Assembly (NCBI GenBank): GCA_024137785.1
Contig: JAHRHZ010000031.1
Coordinates: forward strand, 14,094,423 to 14,158,422
DNA from: Ginglymostoma cirratum
Lineage: Eukaryota
DNA length: 64,000 bases
Reading direction: 5' to 3'
Translations under genes and position numbers: made by a program
Notes under the pieces: generated by a model
The model's input: the letters and a program-made list of their open reading frames with translations, nothing else
What the model was told of the DNA's origin: nothing
Databases searched by the model: none
Shown here: positions 60,280-64,000 of the stretch, piece by piece
Layout: every line of letters begins with the position of its first letter
Numbering within the stretch: position 1 is the first letter of the stretch

Positions 60280-60535
60280 TTCCCTGCCTGAGGCTGCTAG
60301 GTCCCAAACTCAAGCAAGAATCTCAAGTTAAAATGTGCCACATGCACAGAGAACGTGTGACTGAAGATTCAAAGCACCATTTCTGGAAATTTAATTCGCA
60401 TCCAAGTCAGGGTTAGTAAACAAGGAAGGATAATGGGCTAATGATGACCCAAGCTGAATTTGGAACATCAATATTCATGAATGAAAGGCTTCAGTTCAGG
60501 CTTCCTTCGTACACTGGGCTTTTTACAGCAAAGGA

Positions 60536-60537
60536 GC

Positions 60538-60595
<58 letters not shown>
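60536..60595. repeat. (CT)n(CA)n microsatellite
   Basis: Seen directly. Confidence 0.95.
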
Positions 60596-60599
<4 letters not shown>

Positions 60600-61104
60600 C
60601 CTTCCAACGCATCTCAACCATTTCCATCCATTCAATCTTCAATGGCCATTTTGTTTGGAAGTGCCACTGTGCTCTTCTGTAAAGTGCTGCGGATTGAAAA
60701 CATTCTTTTGTCTCCTGGCCTGTAAAAGAAGTGTTTCCATAGAAACATGGTTACTAACGAGCTAGTGATTTGCTGGGACCTGGCCCCACAGCACAGTTGT
60801 TGACGGTGGGTTTAAAGAATTCACAGGAACAGGGCTTTGGTGGGGGTGGGTGGTTACTGGTGCGAGGAAGCAGCAACAAACAGAAAAGAAACAAGGGTTA
60901 TGACTATATTTGTGGTCGTGACCAATGTTTAGACACTGAAGAACAATTTGGAATATCCTGAAGGGGGTGGTAGACAGCAAGAGAGAGAGCAAGTGAAAGA
61001 GAGAGAAGGGCAGGGCAGGGAATAAATCCGTGACACAAATTTGCTATCGATTTTTCTTTCGGATTGTGAAATATTTTTGATGAAGTGGACCATTGAGAGG
61101 CACC

Positions 61105-61420
61105 AACCATCATTTCCAGTCCTACGTTCCTCCAGTAAGTAAAAGGAGAGAGAGTGGAAGCTTCCAGCTGGATGTACTGGTCCTGCCCACCAGCTTTACA
61201 ATAAGGTCTTCTGGCAGGAACAACCAATTCTCCCTTTATTCCAGCAACAATCTGCTGGTTATCTTGTTTGAATCACTCTCTGCCCTGGAGAAATACACTG
61301 AAGATGGTGTGGAAGAAACCTTGTTCGCACTATTATTGTTCCTTATGAAGAGGATTCGATTAGCTGTCAGGCTGGGAAGGAGGTGGATATTTCTTACAGC
61401 TTCAGATGAGCTGCTTGTAT
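61105..61420 (+). mobile_element. Possible degraded L1/Tx1 ORF2 C-terminal (zinc-knuckle) remnant
   Basis: Across frames: SPT...MYWSCP / KVFWQE / RLGRRWIFL, weakly resembling HMFWSCP..FW and LARR.ILL of fish L1. Confidence 0.3.
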
Positions 61421-61968
61421 TTGCATGTCATGCTTTATTAAATGATTCCCTCTGCTGATCATCAATATTACTGTCCAATTTCCCCGTGTTGCTTCTTAGC
61501 TAACAGAAGTGTAATCTGCTGACTAGAAAATACTGTCAGAAAATAATCACTCCTTAATCGTCTCATCCTCTCTTGTTCTCCCTTTAAAATGCTCCATAAA
61601 ATGTGGCTCCTTAATTTTGGTTAGCTGTCCTAATATCCCTCTATGTGGCACTGTGTCAAATTTGGTGTGATAATCGCCTTGGGAGGTTTTACTATGTTAA
61701 AATACACACAGATAAAAGTTGTTGTAGTTGCATCCAGACTTTATCTTAGGGGCCTGCTGTCACCATGCAGAAGCTTCCTGGAACAGCATAAAAGCTGCCC
61801 ACAGTGACTTGCATGGGAAAGTGCCCAGGCTCCAATTCCCGCCAACTCCCTTAACATCATGAAGACAACGTATGAATAACCTAGTCTTTCTGTTTTGCAA
61901 GGCAGGCTACTGGAATACTGATAGGCTACAACAGGATGCTGCCTCCCCCAACTCTGCGCAGAAGTAAG

Positions 61969-62388
61969 GGGACCCTGCCGCCTTCTGGACTCAACATCGA
62001 GTTCAGTAACTTCAGGGCTTGAGCCCTCACATGTCCTTACCCCAACCCCAGCCGACCACGCCTTGTTAACAGAGTCTGCTATTACACACTACCCATTGTT
62101 AGCCATTAACAGTCCCCATTAAGAGATATTCACCCTCCTCACCAAATTGTTATCCAATCCTTTATTTGTCCAACCTATCTTTTCTTTCTTTGGGCTCTAT
62201 TCCCACCTATTGTTTGCTCCTTACCCCCTTACCCCAGCCTATCTTATGCATATAAACCAACAATTCCTTAGCTACCATCGGTTCTGAAGAAGGGTCATTC
62301 AACCCTTTTAAAAACATTTAACTCGGATTTCTCTTCATAGACAATACCAGACCTGCTGAGCTTTTCCAGCAATTTCTGTTTTGCTCCT
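61969..62388 (+). mobile_element. Penelope-like element 3' end (GIY-YIG C-terminus plus terminal repeat)
   Basis: GTLPPSGLNIEFSNFRA* (61969-62022), a typical PLE P.GLN ending; then ggtt-CTGAAGA-agggt-cattca-accct with decayed GAAA, and ccagacctgctgagcttttccagca shared with 37270-37552. Confidence 0.8.
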
Positions 62389-64000
62389 TGCAGGAGTAAG
62401 GTAGCTGGAGCTCAGAGACCTTCCATGATCATGCCCCTCATTGACATTACCTTCATTTAGCTCCACACAGTAAAAAATAAATACATAAATCCCACATCTC
62501 ATATCTTCTTAATATTCTTTCCTCTTGGCAACCAATTTGTTTTGACAGAGAGAGATTCATTCAGCAACTCAAGCTAATTGTCATTAATAAAATCCATAAA
62601 GATGAATTAGTTCCTCAAGACATCTTCCCCCATTCACAAAGGAAAACATATCACATTTTGTACACATGCTGTGGAACTACAACATCTACCTCCAATATAT
62701 TAAGAGGCACCGGCTTGATTTGAGTCTCTAAGCTACCCTCACCAGGAATCAGGCCAGGCCAGGCCAGTCCTTGGCATCTGTTGTGGGTCAGGCGTGGATC
62801 AACTTTAAGTCAGGCCAGGCTGCACACATCAGCAGCGAGACCAGGACGAGGCTTTCCTTCAAAATCAGACACCGTGGAGCTGCAGCTTGGTGTTATTACT
62901 GGGGACTGGTTTGGGTCAAGGCCCTGAGAAGATTTCACAATGGGCCTGCAAGCAACAGTTTAAGTCAATGCGGTCACTTTGCAGCAGCTCCCTGAATCAC
63001 AGTCTGAATGGGAGAATACATCATCACTGTGCTCTTGCTTACTTGCATGTAAGTTTTGTTGAGTTTTGTCCACAGAGGGAGACATTTCACTAACTACTTC
63101 AAGCTGCAGTATTTAATAGAAAATTAAATGACGTAAAGTCTAAGCTCTTTATAATGTAGCGTCTCATGCAAAAACCGGGAATGTTTAAGCCTGTACAAAG
63201 GCCATGTAGAGAGATATTACAGCCAGACTGCAGAGTATTCTTGGCACTCAACACTCAATGAAGCCTTCACTTCAGAGGCACCCTGTACAGATCTAACATG
63301 CCACATAACACAAAAATGTTACAAAAAGGGGAATATTTATACACTTACAGTTCCCTTGCACTTGTCCCTATGATATCACCACACAAAGATTTCCACACAA
63401 ATTATCCATCCCAGCAGTTTACCGGGATAGTAGGAATGCAGCAGTTGCCTTTTATTCAAACTTCCTTTAATGCTGACTTGGTATTGCTGTTACTGAGAAT
63501 AGTTAACACCAGATCACATACAAAGGCCCACTTTCTGCCACGACAGACAGCCAAATTTGGCATGGCGAAAGTGACAGAGGTAGTCAGAAGTCACAAGTCA
63601 CCCCCCTCCCCTTTCCCTGAACCTCCTCACCTCCCCGAAACAAACATGCATTTCCCATTTTCATTGAGTGGAGTATAGTCATGCCTGGTTTTGCACGTGC
63701 AGATTTTACAAGGTAGCAGGCTAGTTAAATCACCAGCCCGCTTCACTTAAGGGGGATTTTGGCACCTTGTGGTGTGGGAATCAGAACCTGCACATTAGAC
63801 CTGCTAAGAGCAGGTGAGAACATTGCAGTTTTGTTTGGATAGTCAGATATCCGCTTTGGAGAGGTAAGGTATCCCAATGGACATGCTTCCGTGGCACCGG
63901 GGAAGGATGTCAGACGCCCTTCAGGATTGATAAAAGTACAAACAAACTTTACTGAAAAGTGCATAAATTGATTGGCACTGTCAAACTTTAAAAAAACTGG

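Noticed and set aside
48746-64000. Upstream GPM6B exon (GCFECCIKCLGG...)
   Set aside because: No match found; a GFIEC* look-alike near 63245-63265 has an immediate stop. The exon presumably lies beyond the window.
1-64000. Prokaryotic systems (CRISPR, operons, defence islands) or endogenous viral genes
   Set aside because: The sequence is spliced vertebrate DNA; no repeat-spacer arrays and no long non-transposon ORFs.

Overview
Eukaryotic, AT-rich, repeat-dense genomic DNA from a cartilaginous fish, most likely a shark (HE1 V-SINEs, a HER1/CR1-type LINE and SacSINE1-like Deu-SINEs are present). Two spliced genes converge tail-to-tail. On + are the last seven coding exons of OFD1 (2655-20593; C-terminus ...DPLEKYMKIIQQ...SHDEGDDNFW*). 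On - is the 3' part of the proteolipid gene GPM6B (M6b / shark DM-gamma): four internal exons (48745 to 29929) and two alternative terminal exons, a PLP/DM20-like one (27514-27434) and an M6A-like one (22981-22829). The 5' exons of both genes lie outside the window. Most of the six-frame ORFs are spurious. Introns hold CR1, L2-like and L1-like LINE fragments, four SINE families, a Tc1/mariner-type MITE, a Harbinger Myb remnant and at least 12 Penelope-like pieces. The Penelope terminal repeats carry minimal hammerhead-ribozyme motifs (CUGANGA...GAAA...UH), mostly decayed, and often sit as small inverted-repeat insertions with target-site duplications. Other points of interest: a candidate 7-nt frameshifting microexon, a QKI-motif cluster between the two GPM6B terminal exons, and a 56-bp dispersed duplication. 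All identifications come from manual reading and recalled sequences; no searches were run, and repeat boundaries are approximate.
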